Below are positions 26,358-35,337 of a stretch of DNA of 55,110 nucleotides, one piece after another; within the stretch, counting starts at the first letter, position 1; each line of letters starts with the position of its first letter. The DNA is taken from the IMG/VR virus record IMGVR_UViG_3300021197_001923, positions 1-55,110 of that record; one strand, given 5' to 3'. The notes under the pieces are model-generated. The model searched no databases, was not told the origin of the DNA, and saw only the letters and a program-made list of their open reading frames with translations. Source of the DNA: a virus (taxonomy: Duplodnaviria > Caudoviricetes). The translations under genes were made by a program, and so were the position numbers.

Positions 26358-28451
26358 TTAGGTGATGAGCCAGTTTTTTCCAGTCTCAATTTCGATGCCA
26401 AGGGGTAATACAAATTCGTAGTCCCAACGCTCAGAGGCTTCTTCCAGAACACCTGACATCGCCCAAGTAAGCACTTCGGCAACAGTATCAATTTCATCAG
26501 GATGTGTATCCACTACCAAGCTATCGTGTACGGTCAGGATTAGCTTTGAATGCAGTTTTAATTCTTTAAACCGCCGATACGCTCGAACGCATGAAAGTTG
26601 CACCAGATCATTACCAAAACCCTGCACCGGATAATTTTTGACTTGTGTGGCGTTGCTTATGCTTCCGTTGCCATAGCGTTTAGCATTAGGCCAATGATAC
26701 TGGCGCCCAGACGGCGTTTGTATCAAGCCGTTCTTAACTACACCATCCATCAGCTTTTTATGATACTTGGCGAGACCAGGATATATCTTCATAAACTCTT
26801 TAAAATACGCCTGTATGTGAGGTTCTGTGCCCATGCCCTGCCCTCCAAAAAGCGGGCTAAAAGTCCACTTTTTTACGCTACCTCTAAGCTCTTTTGTAAC
26901 CTCTTCAGGTTTGCAGCGGTGTATAATGGTGGCCGTCTGCTTATGGATGTCCTTGCTGTTGCAAATATCATCGATGATTTGTTGATCCCGTGATAATTCT
27001 CCAGCGCAAACCCATTCAAGACTCGCAAAATCCGACTCTGTTATCAGTCCGTTTTCAAATCTGGACACAACGCATTTGCGGATAGGAAATCCACGCTTTG
27101 GCTGGTTTTGGAAGTTCGGGTTAGATGAACTTAGCCGACCTGTGCTAGTTACACATTGGTTAAAATTTGTGTGCAAAAAACCGCTGCTGCGTGTCCAGGT
27201 TTGAATGCCTTTTACGAAGGAATCCAAATAAACAGAGACAGCGTTAAGCCGGCTAATTTTTTCCAAAAACTCTACCGCCAAATCATTACCTTTTAGGCGA
27301 GCTTGGGAGATCAAAATTTGGATCGTATCTTTATCCGATTTAAATCCGTGAATGGCGGCAAACGTGGCATCAATGGGAGTAAGTTTTAACCCTGCCACTT
27401 TGCCGGTGGATTGATACAAGGCACCTTTGCCCTGGCAATCAGGGCACTTGGTTTTGTTTTTGTAAGGATCGCCATTCTTTTTCCATTTCTGGATCAAGCC
27501 ACGGCCATCACAAGTATCACAGCAAATAGCCATAGTCTTGTACGCCACTTCAGTGGTTTTGCGTACAGCTTGTGAAAACTCAGACTTATTCATACGTGGC
27601 GGGCGCAAAGCCTTACCATTTGCACCAACACCTATATTAAAGGTTTCTCGGTGTTTTTGACGATCGGTGACTTCCCGACTGTAAATAATTTTTGTGCGAT
27701 CAATCCCAGAATTTAAATTGCAAATCGTATCGCCCATGACCTCTTCAACAATTTCATTAAGTCGTTTTTCGAGCTCCACTTTTTCTGCTGCAAAAGACAT
27801 CTCAACATCAGCTAAAGCCTTGAGATCAACCTTGATGCCGTTGCGCTCCATATCAACAAGGCAAAGCAACATTTCACGGGAAAGTTTGACAATGTTGCGC
27901 AGCGAACGGTTTTCAGATTGTGCGAAATCATCCAGCTGCCGCAGGTAGACTTCGCCACAAGCAACAACATCTGCTTCGGCGTAAGGAATAACAACGTCAT
28001 GTAAGGGCATTTCTTCAAAGCCAATGCCTTTTTTCCAAAGCTCCGCAGTCAGATCTGATTTTTTTTGTGTAACGCCCCGACGCTCGGCTGTGGCTTTAAG
28101 CGATATTTCTCGCCGTTGCCCTTTGCTTAGTATGTATTCGTGCAACATTGTGCATGATATTAGGGGAGGAAGCTCAAAACCCATTTCCAAAAGCCAAAGC
28201 GCATCAAATTTACTGTTGTGGCAAATAAGCTCATCAGCCTCGGATAAGGCCTTTCTAAGCCGGCTTGGATCATCCGGTTTGTCTTGCTCGACATGATGGA
28301 ATACTAAGCTGCAAACGTCTTCGACACTATCCCAATTCAAAAACCCAAAATGTGCGCTAACGCATTTATTCTGGCGGTTAAATGGACTGTTATCAATTTT
28401 GCCGTCTAAGCGCTCTACGCTGACCTCCAAGTCCAAAACTAGCCGCTTCAA
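26358..28451 (-). CDS. polA: Family A DNA polymerase with 3'-5' exonuclease and DnaJ-like Zn-finger insert
   Basis: DLE, HNSKFD and YAEAD exonuclease motifs; CDTCDGRG/CPDCQGKG; TGRLSS; VHDS. Confidence 0.95.
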   Translation of the reverse strand: MKRLVLDLEVSVERLDGKIDNSPFNRQNKCVSAHFGFLNWDSVEDVCSLVFHHVEQDKPDDPSRLRKALSEADELICHNSKFDALWLLEMGFELPPLISCTMLHEYILSKGQRREISLKATAERRGVTQKKSDLTAELWKKGIGFEEMPLHDVVIPYAEADVVACGEVYLRQLDDFAQSENRSLRNIVKLSREMLLCLVDMERNGIKVDLKALADVEMSFAAEKVELEKRLNEIVEEVMGDTICNLNSGIDRTKIIYSREVTDRQKHRETFNIGVGANGKALRPPRMNKSEFSQAVRKTTEVAYKTMAICCDTCDGRGLIQKWKKNGDPYKNKTKCPDCQGKGALYQSTGKVAGLKLTPIDATFAAIHGFKSDKDTIQILISQARLKGNDLAVEFLEKISRLNAVSVYLDSFVKGIQTWTRSSGFLHTNFNQCVTSTGRLSSSNPNFQNQPKRGFPIRKCVVSRFENGLITESDFASLEWVCAGELSRDQQIIDDICNSKDIHKQTATIIHRCKPEEVTKELRGSVKKWTFSPLFGGQGMGTEPHIQAYFKEFMKIYPGLAKYHKKLMDGVVKNGLIQTPSGRQYHWPNAKRYGNGSISNATQVKNYPVQGFGNDLVQLSCVRAYRRFKELKLHSKLILTVHDSLVVDTHPDEIDTVAEVLTWAMSGVLEEASERWDYEFVLPLGIEIETGKNWLIT

Positions 28452-28627
28452 ACTTTAAACCCAGCAAGTTTTGCTACAATTTTAGTCTGCACATTAATCA
28501 GTGCTTGAATAAGCTCGACCTGCTGCTCAAGCAGAGGCTCCAACTCCGTTGTTTGGCGCTTTGTGTATTCTTGCTGTTTCTTACGCAAAAGCTCGTGATA
28601 TTCTTCCATTTCATCAGGCCCAATCAT
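28448..28627 (-). CDS. 59-aa coiled-coil hypothetical protein (not in the ORF track)
   Basis: MIGPDEMEEY...LAGFKV; 4-bp overlaps with both helicase and pol. Confidence 0.75.
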   Translation of the reverse strand: MIGPDEMEEYHELLRKKQQEYTKRQTTELEPLLEQQVELIQALINVQTKIVAKLAGFKV

Positions 28628-29844
28628 TCGACATACCGCCCGATGTCAGGCTCAATTGAACAGCAAATTGTGCCGTGAAAGCCGCTGATTTTGTTTTTGG
28701 AGATATGAAGAAAGCGGGTGTAATCTACGCTTTCGTCGTCAGCATCACCGTTGTGTTTTCCGATACCCAAAATGATGTCAGCTTCGGCGGCTTTTCCGGT
28801 TTTTGAGCCTTCGGCCATGGAGAAATCTATGCGAGTTTTGCCCTCACCATCCGCCGAGGCTTGGCTTACTCCGATCACTGCACACTGATGGCGCTTGGCC
28901 AATTCTCGCAAACGGCGATACAGTTCCCTTAATCGCTCATGTGTCGCTGTATATTGGCCAGAGATGCCAACCTTGTCAGCTTGATCAATGATCAGCACAT
29001 CCGGTTTCATTTTAGACATGTAGCTGTCAATCTTATCCAGATCCCAATCCACCGTGTCCTGCATATCCAAATTATCTGCGATGCGGTTGAACGCAATCAT
29101 AGCGGTGCTTGGGTCTTCAGCAATTTCGTCACGAGTCATACCCGCAGCTGCTTGTATTGAGCGTAACATTGTTCGGGTAGTTTCTTCTTCGTTACCCAAA
29201 ATTAGAACTTTGGCGCCCTGCTCACAGAACCCTCCAGGCCCAGCGCATAGCGAAACCAAGAATGTTGTCTTTCCGGTTTCAGGACGGGCTAGCACAATTA
29301 GAAATTCGCCGCTGCCAACGCCATATAGATGGCGTGACAGGGTGCGGATATTAAATTCCCAGCGATTGTCATTGGAAGATTTCGCAAGAAGCGTATCCAA
29401 ATCTTTAGTGGTTGGATCGCCAAAATCATCAGGGGAATAATCCTCGGCCACACGATCCAGCAATGCCCTTAGCAAGCCCATGGCGCTGTTATCACCTTCT
29501 GCCATGTTGATGCCGAGGCTGCTGACCTGTCTGCCGATCTCTTTACGCCACAATTTGTCGATCACGTCGTGCGCAATATCTTGCGCAATCTCATTGGACT
29601 TCCGGACGTCATCAAGCAGGTCCATGAAGTCGGCCTTTTCGCTATTTGTAGCGATTGGATGATCCGCCAGCCACAATGACAACAAGTCATCCGTACTTAA
29701 ATCGTGGTTGTAACGATCATGGGCCATCCCCATCAAATCGAATAACTCCGCAGCGTCTTCAGAAAATATTGACCGCTTGAGGCGTGGCCTATTTGTTTTG
29801 AAGGTATCGTTGCAGAGGAGAGTTTTTAACAATTGTGATTCCAT
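28624..29844 (-). CDS. DnaB-like (SF4) replicative helicase
   Basis: ARPETGKT, IIDQAD, VSQA, SKTGKAAEAD and KNK motifs. Confidence 0.93.
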   Translation of the reverse strand: MESQLLKTLLCNDTFKTNRPRLKRSIFSEDAAELFDLMGMAHDRYNHDLSTDDLLSLWLADHPIATNSEKADFMDLLDDVRKSNEIAQDIAHDVIDKLWRKEIGRQVSSLGINMAEGDNSAMGLLRALLDRVAEDYSPDDFGDPTTKDLDTLLAKSSNDNRWEFNIRTLSRHLYGVGSGEFLIVLARPETGKTTFLVSLCAGPGGFCEQGAKVLILGNEEETTRTMLRSIQAAAGMTRDEIAEDPSTAMIAFNRIADNLDMQDTVDWDLDKIDSYMSKMKPDVLIIDQADKVGISGQYTATHERLRELYRRLRELAKRHQCAVIGVSQASADGEGKTRIDFSMAEGSKTGKAAEADIILGIGKHNGDADDESVDYTRFLHISKNKISGFHGTICCSIEPDIGRYVE

Positions 29845-29868
29845 CGTATCTCCAACTTATGTGCAAAT

Positions 29869-29882
29869 TATAGTGCACTATA
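29869..29882. promoter_or_regulatory. Palindromic operator copy
   Basis: TATAGTGCACTATA upstream of the helicase. Confidence 0.7.
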
Positions 29883-29896
29883 GTTTGAGATAGACA

Positions 29897-29931
29897 AAAA
29901 GAAAAGCCCCAATCCTACGACGGGGCTGCTC
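29897..29931 (-). terminator. Intrinsic terminator
   Basis: AGCCCC...GGGGCT-TTTCTTTTT on the minus strand. Confidence 0.7.
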
Positions 29932-29955
29932 TATTTGCGTTATTGAAATGTGGGT

Positions 29956-30741
29956 TTAGGCCGACAGTTCATTGTATGCTGGAATTTCTTCGAGGAGCCG
30001 TTTTTGATCCTCTTCGTCAAGTCCGTTTTCTTTAAGCTCGTTAATAACACTCCGCCACTTTGGTGACTTCTTAACCGTTGTCCAATGAACTTTATCACTC
30101 TTGATGCTTATGTTTTGCAACATTTCCGTCAATCGTTGCAGACGTTCGGGGTCAATCTTTCTAGCCCATTCCGTTTTAGAAAAAGTACGAAGGTCGAGGG
30201 TAAATGTTTTGGTGGTAATGCCACTCCTACTACGGGAGCCAGCAGTCTTACCTTTACCACTAACACCGCCAACTTCGACTGTGGCGTTCTGCACTGCCAA
30301 GCTTGGCTTCATATTTTCTGATGTTAAACTGGGGGCATCTACCATCATACCTTGCTTCTCGGCTTTTTGCCGCAGCATTAAATACCGCTTTCGCTCTTCA
30401 TGAGATAGTCCCATACCAAGCTTAACACGCTTACCCATTTCAGTAAGGCGTTCGATTTGCGCCTTTGATAACTTAGCATTTTCGCCCCTACCACCACGGA
30501 AAGTCATCATATCAATAGGCCCTGTAGGACCACGGCGATCTCTAAAATGTGATTGTGGATTTTCTACGCTTACGTGTTTGGATAACTCGAACTCACCATC
30601 CATTGCACCATCGGCTAATCGTTCTGCAAACAGCGCCATATGCTTTTCAAGTGCTGTCTCCAAAGCACCGAACATCTTGTAATTCTCTTGGTCAACGTCA
30701 AAGTCAAATGCGATCACGCCTCTGAACTGTTTCCTGGCCAT
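29956..30741 (-). CDS. Hypothetical protein (basic, possibly nucleic-acid binding)
   Basis: 261-aa ORF, GGAG RBS. Confidence 0.75.
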   Translation of the reverse strand: MARKQFRGVIAFDFDVDQENYKMFGALETALEKHMALFAERLADGAMDGEFELSKHVSVENPQSHFRDRRGPTGPIDMMTFRGGRGENAKLSKAQIERLTEMGKRVKLGMGLSHEERKRYLMLRQKAEKQGMMVDAPSLTSENMKPSLAVQNATVEVGGVSGKGKTAGSRSRSGITTKTFTLDLRTFSKTEWARKIDPERLQRLTEMLQNISIKSDKVHWTTVKKSPKWRSVINELKENGLDEEDQKRLLEEIPAYNELSA

Positions 30742-30766
30742 TATAGGGTCTCCGCCTGAGTTTTTT

Positions 30767-31600
30767 TTATTTATTATTTATTTGTTTAACTGATAAGTGC
30801 TGCGCATCATTGGTCTCCTCCAAACGCAACACACGCTTAACTTCACATATGCCCAATTCTTTTGGGTCTCTGTCTGTAATTCTCAGAAATACACTGCCTC
30901 TAACTTTTTTTATTAGCTTCACAGCTTTGCTGCTTGCATCGTTGTCTAACAATATAAATATATTTACATATATTTGTAAAGCATTTCTTAGTGCACTAGT
31001 TAAGTTAGTCCCTAGCAGCGCAACACCAGCCAAGTCTGGGATGCGGGATATGGAGCAGGCTGAAGCTGCGTCTTCAACCAAGACTGCGTTTTTACCCTTC
31101 CCCACGTGAATACCTTCACTCGTATCGCCGTAAGTAATCCATTTAGGACCGGCGCCTAATAAATTGCGCCCCACAGCACCAGTCAAAGATTTATTATAAA
31201 ACAGCACCCGCTTTTCACGAGGTGCATATCGCATCCGTATCAATCCCGATTCATATGCATCGATTGAATTTACCGAGCGCAGATATTCCAGAGCGTGGGG
31301 CACATTAGCCAAGCTGGTAGTGATTTCAGGAATTTGTAACTTTGGCTTGCTGCGCACCTTTTCAGGCCCGTGGTCGTGATAACGTTTGGCTGCTGTCAGG
31401 GATCTCTCGCCTTGATAACTGCCCCGCACCTCACAGCTGGCCCTGAAGCAATTCCAAAGCAGTTGGCCTGATGCAAGCCGATCGATGGTAAATTTCTTCT
31501 GCCCGCCACAAAACGGGCAATCCAAGGTTTTGCGCTCGCCCTCTGCAATCTTAATGCGGCGGACCTCGGTCAATTGTTCACGATAGCTATACATTTTCAT
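30767..31600 (-). CDS. DNA primase (Zn finger plus TOPRIM)
   Basis: CPFC...NCFRASC; VEDA; LLGT; LDND. Confidence 0.9.
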   Translation of the reverse strand: MKMYSYREQLTEVRRIKIAEGERKTLDCPFCGGQKKFTIDRLASGQLLWNCFRASCEVRGSYQGERSLTAAKRYHDHGPEKVRSKPKLQIPEITTSLANVPHALEYLRSVNSIDAYESGLIRMRYAPREKRVLFYNKSLTGAVGRNLLGAGPKWITYGDTSEGIHVGKGKNAVLVEDAASACSISRIPDLAGVALLGTNLTSALRNALQIYVNIFILLDNDASSKAVKLIKKVRGSVFLRITDRDPKELGICEVKRVLRLEETNDAQHLSVKQINNK

Positions 31601-31607
31601 ACCTCAT

Positions 31608-31643
31608 AAAAAAACCTCGCCAGAGAAAGCAGCTGGCGAGGTT
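31608..31643 (-). terminator. Terminator/attenuator directly before the primase RBS
   Basis: AACCTCGCCAG/CTGGCGAGGTT plus T run, then ATGAGGTATG. Confidence 0.75.
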
Positions 31644-31706
31644 CTTGGTCATCCCTGCTTGCAAGAAGGCGGAGTCAAAACCTTCGGCTTGCAGGGGCGC
31701 TGGTGA

Positions 31707-31931
31707 TCAGTCAGCGCTTGGCAACTTGTGTACTGGCACACCGTCCCTGAACCAGCCGTGATCTTCGGCAATTTTGGTAACAGCGTTGATGTGAATCTGA
31801 AGGTCATCGATCAATTCATCACAGTGCATCGACATCGTGGTCTGTTCAGAATGCCCGCCGTTTAAAAAGACAGGGCCACCCTTCACGTATTTAACCAGGT
31901 TTTCGTAGTTTTGGATCATATCACGATTCAT
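31707..31931 (-). CDS. Hypothetical protein
   Basis: ATGA overlap with the upstream gene. Confidence 0.7.
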   Translation of the reverse strand: MNRDMIQNYENLVKYVKGGPVFLNGGHSEQTTMSMHCDELIDDLQIHINAVTKIAEDHGWFRDGVPVHKLPSAD

Positions 31932-32200
31932 GCTTTCACCAATTGCAATGCAGCGTTGTGATCCCCCGCAGTGCCCGTGCTGTTAGCCTCGTGCAGCCAT
32001 GTCTGATCTAAAACCAAACCGTGCTCCCGTGCGATTTTCATCATCATATTAGCAGTGTCCGTCATGTGAATTGCACTTTCAAAATGCGCCTCAACAAATT
32101 CCTTTACGAGCACCGCAACCTCATGACGTTGAGATTTAGTCGTGGTGGTTGCACCTAGGGTTTCCAGCAGTCCCTCCACAGATTTCACAGAGTTTTTCAT
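31928..32200 (-). CDS. Hypothetical protein
   Basis: GAGGGG RBS; coupled. Confidence 0.7.
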   Translation of the reverse strand: MKNSVKSVEGLLETLGATTTTKSQRHEVAVLVKEFVEAHFESAIHMTDTANMMMKIAREHGLVLDQTWLHEANSTGTAGDHNAALQLVKA

Positions 32201-32388
32201 ACACAAACCCCCTCTGTTGAAGCCGCACGAGATGGCGCATTACAACCACAGCAGTAAACCGTGCTTTGGTCGTAGGTGGACATAAAGCGCTGATCGTTTT
32301 GGTTCCAACGAGTGCGAAACTTAAAGAACACCCGATTGTTGCCGCAATTGACGCAATTGTGGGCTGCGTAGCCAGCAAATTTCTGCAT
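32197..32388 (-). CDS. Small Zn-ribbon protein
   Basis: CVNC...CCGC; TAATG overlap. Confidence 0.65.
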   Translation of the reverse strand: MQKFAGYAAHNCVNCGNNRVFFKFRTRWNQNDQRFMSTYDQSTVYCCGCNAPSRAASTEGVCV

Positions 32389-33389
32389 TATGACCAATCC
32401 TTCCAAGCTGTGCTCGAAACGATCTTGCGCACGAAATCTTCACGCTGCGACATACCAACCGCTTCATTGTCTTTGTTGGCGCTGTCTTTGACGTAAAAAC
32501 GTTCATTATTGTGCGTACAAAACGCTGTCAGCGCTGAATATGCCGCCAGCTTTGTCTGCCCACGAGTATTCACCTCATCGGAAAATTGCTCAATGATTTT
32601 GGTTTGAAAGTTGTCAGAAATAAGACCGCTCTGATGAAGCAAAACTGTGAAATCCGTTTCGCTTATCGCAGTGCCATTCCATTCTCGCAACTGAGCGATA
32701 CGCAACCCAAAATCCGCAACTTCCTTCCCAATAAACTGCTGTAGGCCATCAGTGCTGAAGCTGTTAGTATGGCCTTTGCTCCAAACCGAGGAGGCATCAA
32801 ACACCATGGCATTATCACAGAAGGTATCACGGGCGCCTACAGCCACTTTAACGCTGTGTGTTGCCTGATTTTCGACACGCACATCCAATTCAACACGGAT
32901 CATTTCTCCAGTCGGGTGCTGTATTGCTGCCCCTAGGCTGGGGAAGCGGTATTCAGCACGGAAAAAATTCATGTTTGAGATTTTCTCAGATAATTTCACC
33001 GAAGCATGAACATGGGGCGGCATCGCCATCCGAGTGGCAGATTCAATCGCCTCGTGCAGTTCTTGCATCTGAACGATACGGTAATCTTTGCCGGCAAAAT
33101 GGATAGCTTCGCCTGTATCTTTGCGAACTATTGCGCTCTGCTGATCCATGGGGATTGGCATCACAATTCCGTCCATAATCTTATTGGGCGTTTCGTCCTC
33201 AATATAGAGCGGGCGCTTTACCAACTCGATATTGAGCAAATCCAATTTGGGCCATGCAGCAGTCTTTGCACCCATCGCAGCTTTAACTGCTTGCGGTGTG
33301 AACAATGTGCGGGGCGCTTCTTTAAGAACAGGGTAAGTCAAGATGGGTACTCCTAATGTTATAATCTTGATTTTGGTCAGGTTGGCCAT
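32388..33389 (-). CDS. DUF932-like protein
   Basis: AIVRKDTG...YRIVQ...FCDNAM...H; G.T..AAYSALT...TH. Confidence 0.7.
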   Translation of the reverse strand: MANLTKIKIITLGVPILTYPVLKEAPRTLFTPQAVKAAMGAKTAAWPKLDLLNIELVKRPLYIEDETPNKIMDGIVMPIPMDQQSAIVRKDTGEAIHFAGKDYRIVQMQELHEAIESATRMAMPPHVHASVKLSEKISNMNFFRAEYRFPSLGAAIQHPTGEMIRVELDVRVENQATHSVKVAVGARDTFCDNAMVFDASSVWSKGHTNSFSTDGLQQFIGKEVADFGLRIAQLREWNGTAISETDFTVLLHQSGLISDNFQTKIIEQFSDEVNTRGQTKLAAYSALTAFCTHNNERFYVKDSANKDNEAVGMSQREDFVRKIVSSTAWKDWS

Positions 33390-33410
33390 TCAGCCGATAT
33401 GAGTGCCTCC

Positions 33411-33453
33411 GTTATACACAAGATTCGGTACGTGTCAATCTATAGTGCACTAG
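33411..33453 (-). promoter_or_regulatory. Promoter with palindromic operator
   Basis: TTGACA-16-TATAAC; TAGTGCACTA just upstream of the -35; GANTC in the spacer. Confidence 0.75.
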
Positions 33454-33566
33454 GTTTAGCAAATTAATGTGCTGGGTATTGTGTTTTACAGCGCCAGACA
33501 GAAATTTCCAATATACATGCGATTTTCCTCGTAAACTTGTTTGAAAGCTCGCAAGTCATGCATGGA

Positions 33567-33588
33567 TTTTGTAACAGTGATGTGACAA
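33567..33588. repeat. 22-bp element, inverted copy of 17989-18010
   Basis: TTTTGTAACAGTGATGTGACAA. Confidence 0.9.
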
Positions 33589-33606
33589 TTTTGTGTGATT
33601 TGAGTG

Positions 33607-33633
33607 AAAAAGAGGCCGCTAGGCCCCTTTTTT
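33607..33633. terminator. Bidirectional terminator
   Basis: AAAAAGAGGCC-GCTA-GGCCCCTTTTTT. Confidence 0.65.
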
Positions 33634-33772
33634 AACTCTTTCCGCCGTATTTCAGGTCGTACTGTTGGCAGAGGTATAACATTTCTTGGTGCAGTTGTTC
33701 AAGAAGCCGGTCCTCTGCCGATTTACGCTTCTGTATGCGGTCCAATGATGCTGGACGTTCGAGTTTACCCAT
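33632..33772 (-). CDS. Small hypothetical protein
   Basis: GAGG RBS; overlaps the recombinase stop. Confidence 0.5.
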   Translation of the reverse strand: MGKLERPASLDRIQKRKSAEDRLLEQLHQEMLYLCQQYDLKYGGKS

Positions 33773-34853
33773 ATGTCGCCTCACGTTTGCTTTGAGCAGC
33801 TTCGGCCTGACGGCGGGTGGTCTGCACATAAGTATTCAGCACTGCACGGGATCGATGGCCAGTGATACTTCTCAGCTGATCTTCGCTACAGCCAGCATCT
33901 CCAAGCTCGGTCGCAGCACTGCGGCGCAAGTCAGATATTTTGAGGTTGTGGTCGAGGCCGGCAAGCTTACGCACCAATTCTGCTTTCTTGCGGTATAACC
34001 TTCCAGAATACCGCTCGCCTGTACCCTCGTATTTAGCAATGGTCTCGTCATGCTTGCAGTTTGATAGCAGCTGTATTTGGCGGATGCGCTCCCGCAACAT
34101 CGCTGTCGCAGGGATGTCCATGTCGGCGCCGGTCTTTTGCTGCTTAAATACGAAAAAACCGTCTTGATAGTTAGACCAAGTCATATTGCGACAATCGCTT
34201 GGACGCTGGCCCAATTCAAATGCCATAGCAGCGATCGTACCGATACTTGTAAGCCCGTTGGAATCTGCAGTTGCGATAAACATATTCAATTCGTCACGAT
34301 GCCAGCGAGTGGTACGGGGCGAAGTTGGTAGCAATGTCAGATCTGTGAATGGGTTGCTCACGTTGAAATCAAAGCTTGGCGCCTTGTTCCAGATCCGCCG
34401 CAAAACCTTTATCACCTGATTGGCCGTGGCCAAGGATTTCTGCTTGCGCAACTCCTTATATATAGCTTCCGCCTGTCGTGGGCGGATATTGGCAACCAGC
34501 TGCTCTGTAAATGGCTTACTGCCAATTAGCGTTGCTTCCAGCACAATACCCAACATCGTGGCGTAATTTCGTTGGCTATTCTCTGCTAAAGCGTCCCAGC
34601 TGCTCGAATTTTGATAGGCTAGAACCAGGGCGCCAACAGTGCTGTGAGTACGATCCTGAAACCGCTCACCTGACTCCTTATATATACCCAGCGCTTTAAT
34701 CGCCTCGTCGATGCGGGCCAAGGCGTCTTCCTTCCGGTCGTATTGCTCGTATTTAAAACCCAGTTTGTCAGACAGGGATTTACTCGGCTTGAAGGCGTGG
34801 GCAATCTTGCCACTCTTCAGATTAATCTCTTTATAGTGCGGAATTTTGGTCAT
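33765..34853 (-). CDS. Tyrosine recombinase (HMO-2011-type core integrase-like)
   Basis: GQRPSD, QQKTG, DLRR, TGH, TY motifs; GGAG RBS. Confidence 0.88.
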   Translation of the reverse strand: MTKIPHYKEINLKSGKIAHAFKPSKSLSDKLGFKYEQYDRKEDALARIDEAIKALGIYKESGERFQDRTHSTVGALVLAYQNSSSWDALAENSQRNYATMLGIVLEATLIGSKPFTEQLVANIRPRQAEAIYKELRKQKSLATANQVIKVLRRIWNKAPSFDFNVSNPFTDLTLLPTSPRTTRWHRDELNMFIATADSNGLTSIGTIAAMAFELGQRPSDCRNMTWSNYQDGFFVFKQQKTGADMDIPATAMLRERIRQIQLLSNCKHDETIAKYEGTGERYSGRLYRKKAELVRKLAGLDHNLKISDLRRSAATELGDAGCSEDQLRSITGHRSRAVLNTYVQTTRRQAEAAQSKREATYG

Positions 34854-34880
34854 TACTGTCTCCAGATAGATATGGCACAA

Positions 34881-34909
34881 AGCATAGGTCCCGCACGTCA
34901 AAACGTCAA
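34881..34909 (-). promoter_or_regulatory. Recombinase promoter
   Basis: TTGACG-17-TATGCT. Confidence 0.7.
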
Positions 34910-34925
34910 TCCGTAAATTTAGCTA

Positions 34926-34954
34926 TTGCATAACATAGTGCACTACAGTAAAAA
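34926..34954 (+). promoter_or_regulatory. sRNA-B promoter with operator in the spacer
   Basis: TTGCAT-17-TAAAAA; TAGTGCACTA at 34936-34945. Confidence 0.55.
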
Positions 34955-34960
34955 TGATTC

Positions 34961-35100
34961 TGTACCCAGCGGATAAGCAATCTCCTCCCATCATGCTGTT
35001 GGGTACAAAGGGCAAATCTTCTACGCTCTTGTCCTTTTTGCTAGTTGGTGCCGTTTCTGACCTTTTTCTCTCAATTCTACTCCAGAAACGGCACCTTTTT
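34961..35100 (+). ncRNA. Candidate sRNA-B: three hairpins with CU-rich (anti-SD) loops
   Basis: 12-bp, 8-bp and 13-bp stems; UCUCCUCCC loop; terminal T5; starts about 7 nt after the -10. Confidence 0.7.
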
Positions 35101-35217
35101 CACTCGCACGTCAAACGCATTTGTATGCTCATATGTATATACAGCCTTCTGACAACTTATCCTGACATAACGCTGAACTTTGCAATTAGTGATTTCACGT
35201 AAAATTTATTTCTTTTT

Positions 35218-35266
35218 CATAGTGCACTATGTTTTGCTTTACAAATTTAGACCTTTTTGGGATTCT
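35218..35266 (+). promoter_or_regulatory. Promoter with operator
   Basis: CATAGTGCACTATG then TTTACA-17-GATTCT. Confidence 0.6.
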
Positions 35267-35337
35267 GATTGCACCGGCCGGCGCCCGACCAGCGCTGCTT
35301 TGGCCGGCTCATATCTAGCAAAAAGGAAAACCCAACC

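Noticed and set aside
34892-35115. CGCACGTCAAA direct repeat (34892 and 35105)
   Set aside because: Only 11 bp in two copies and contains a -35-like hexamer; no function can be argued.
34954-35202. 82-aa ORF
   Set aside because: No RBS, and it runs through terminator-like hairpins; better explained as sRNA-B.
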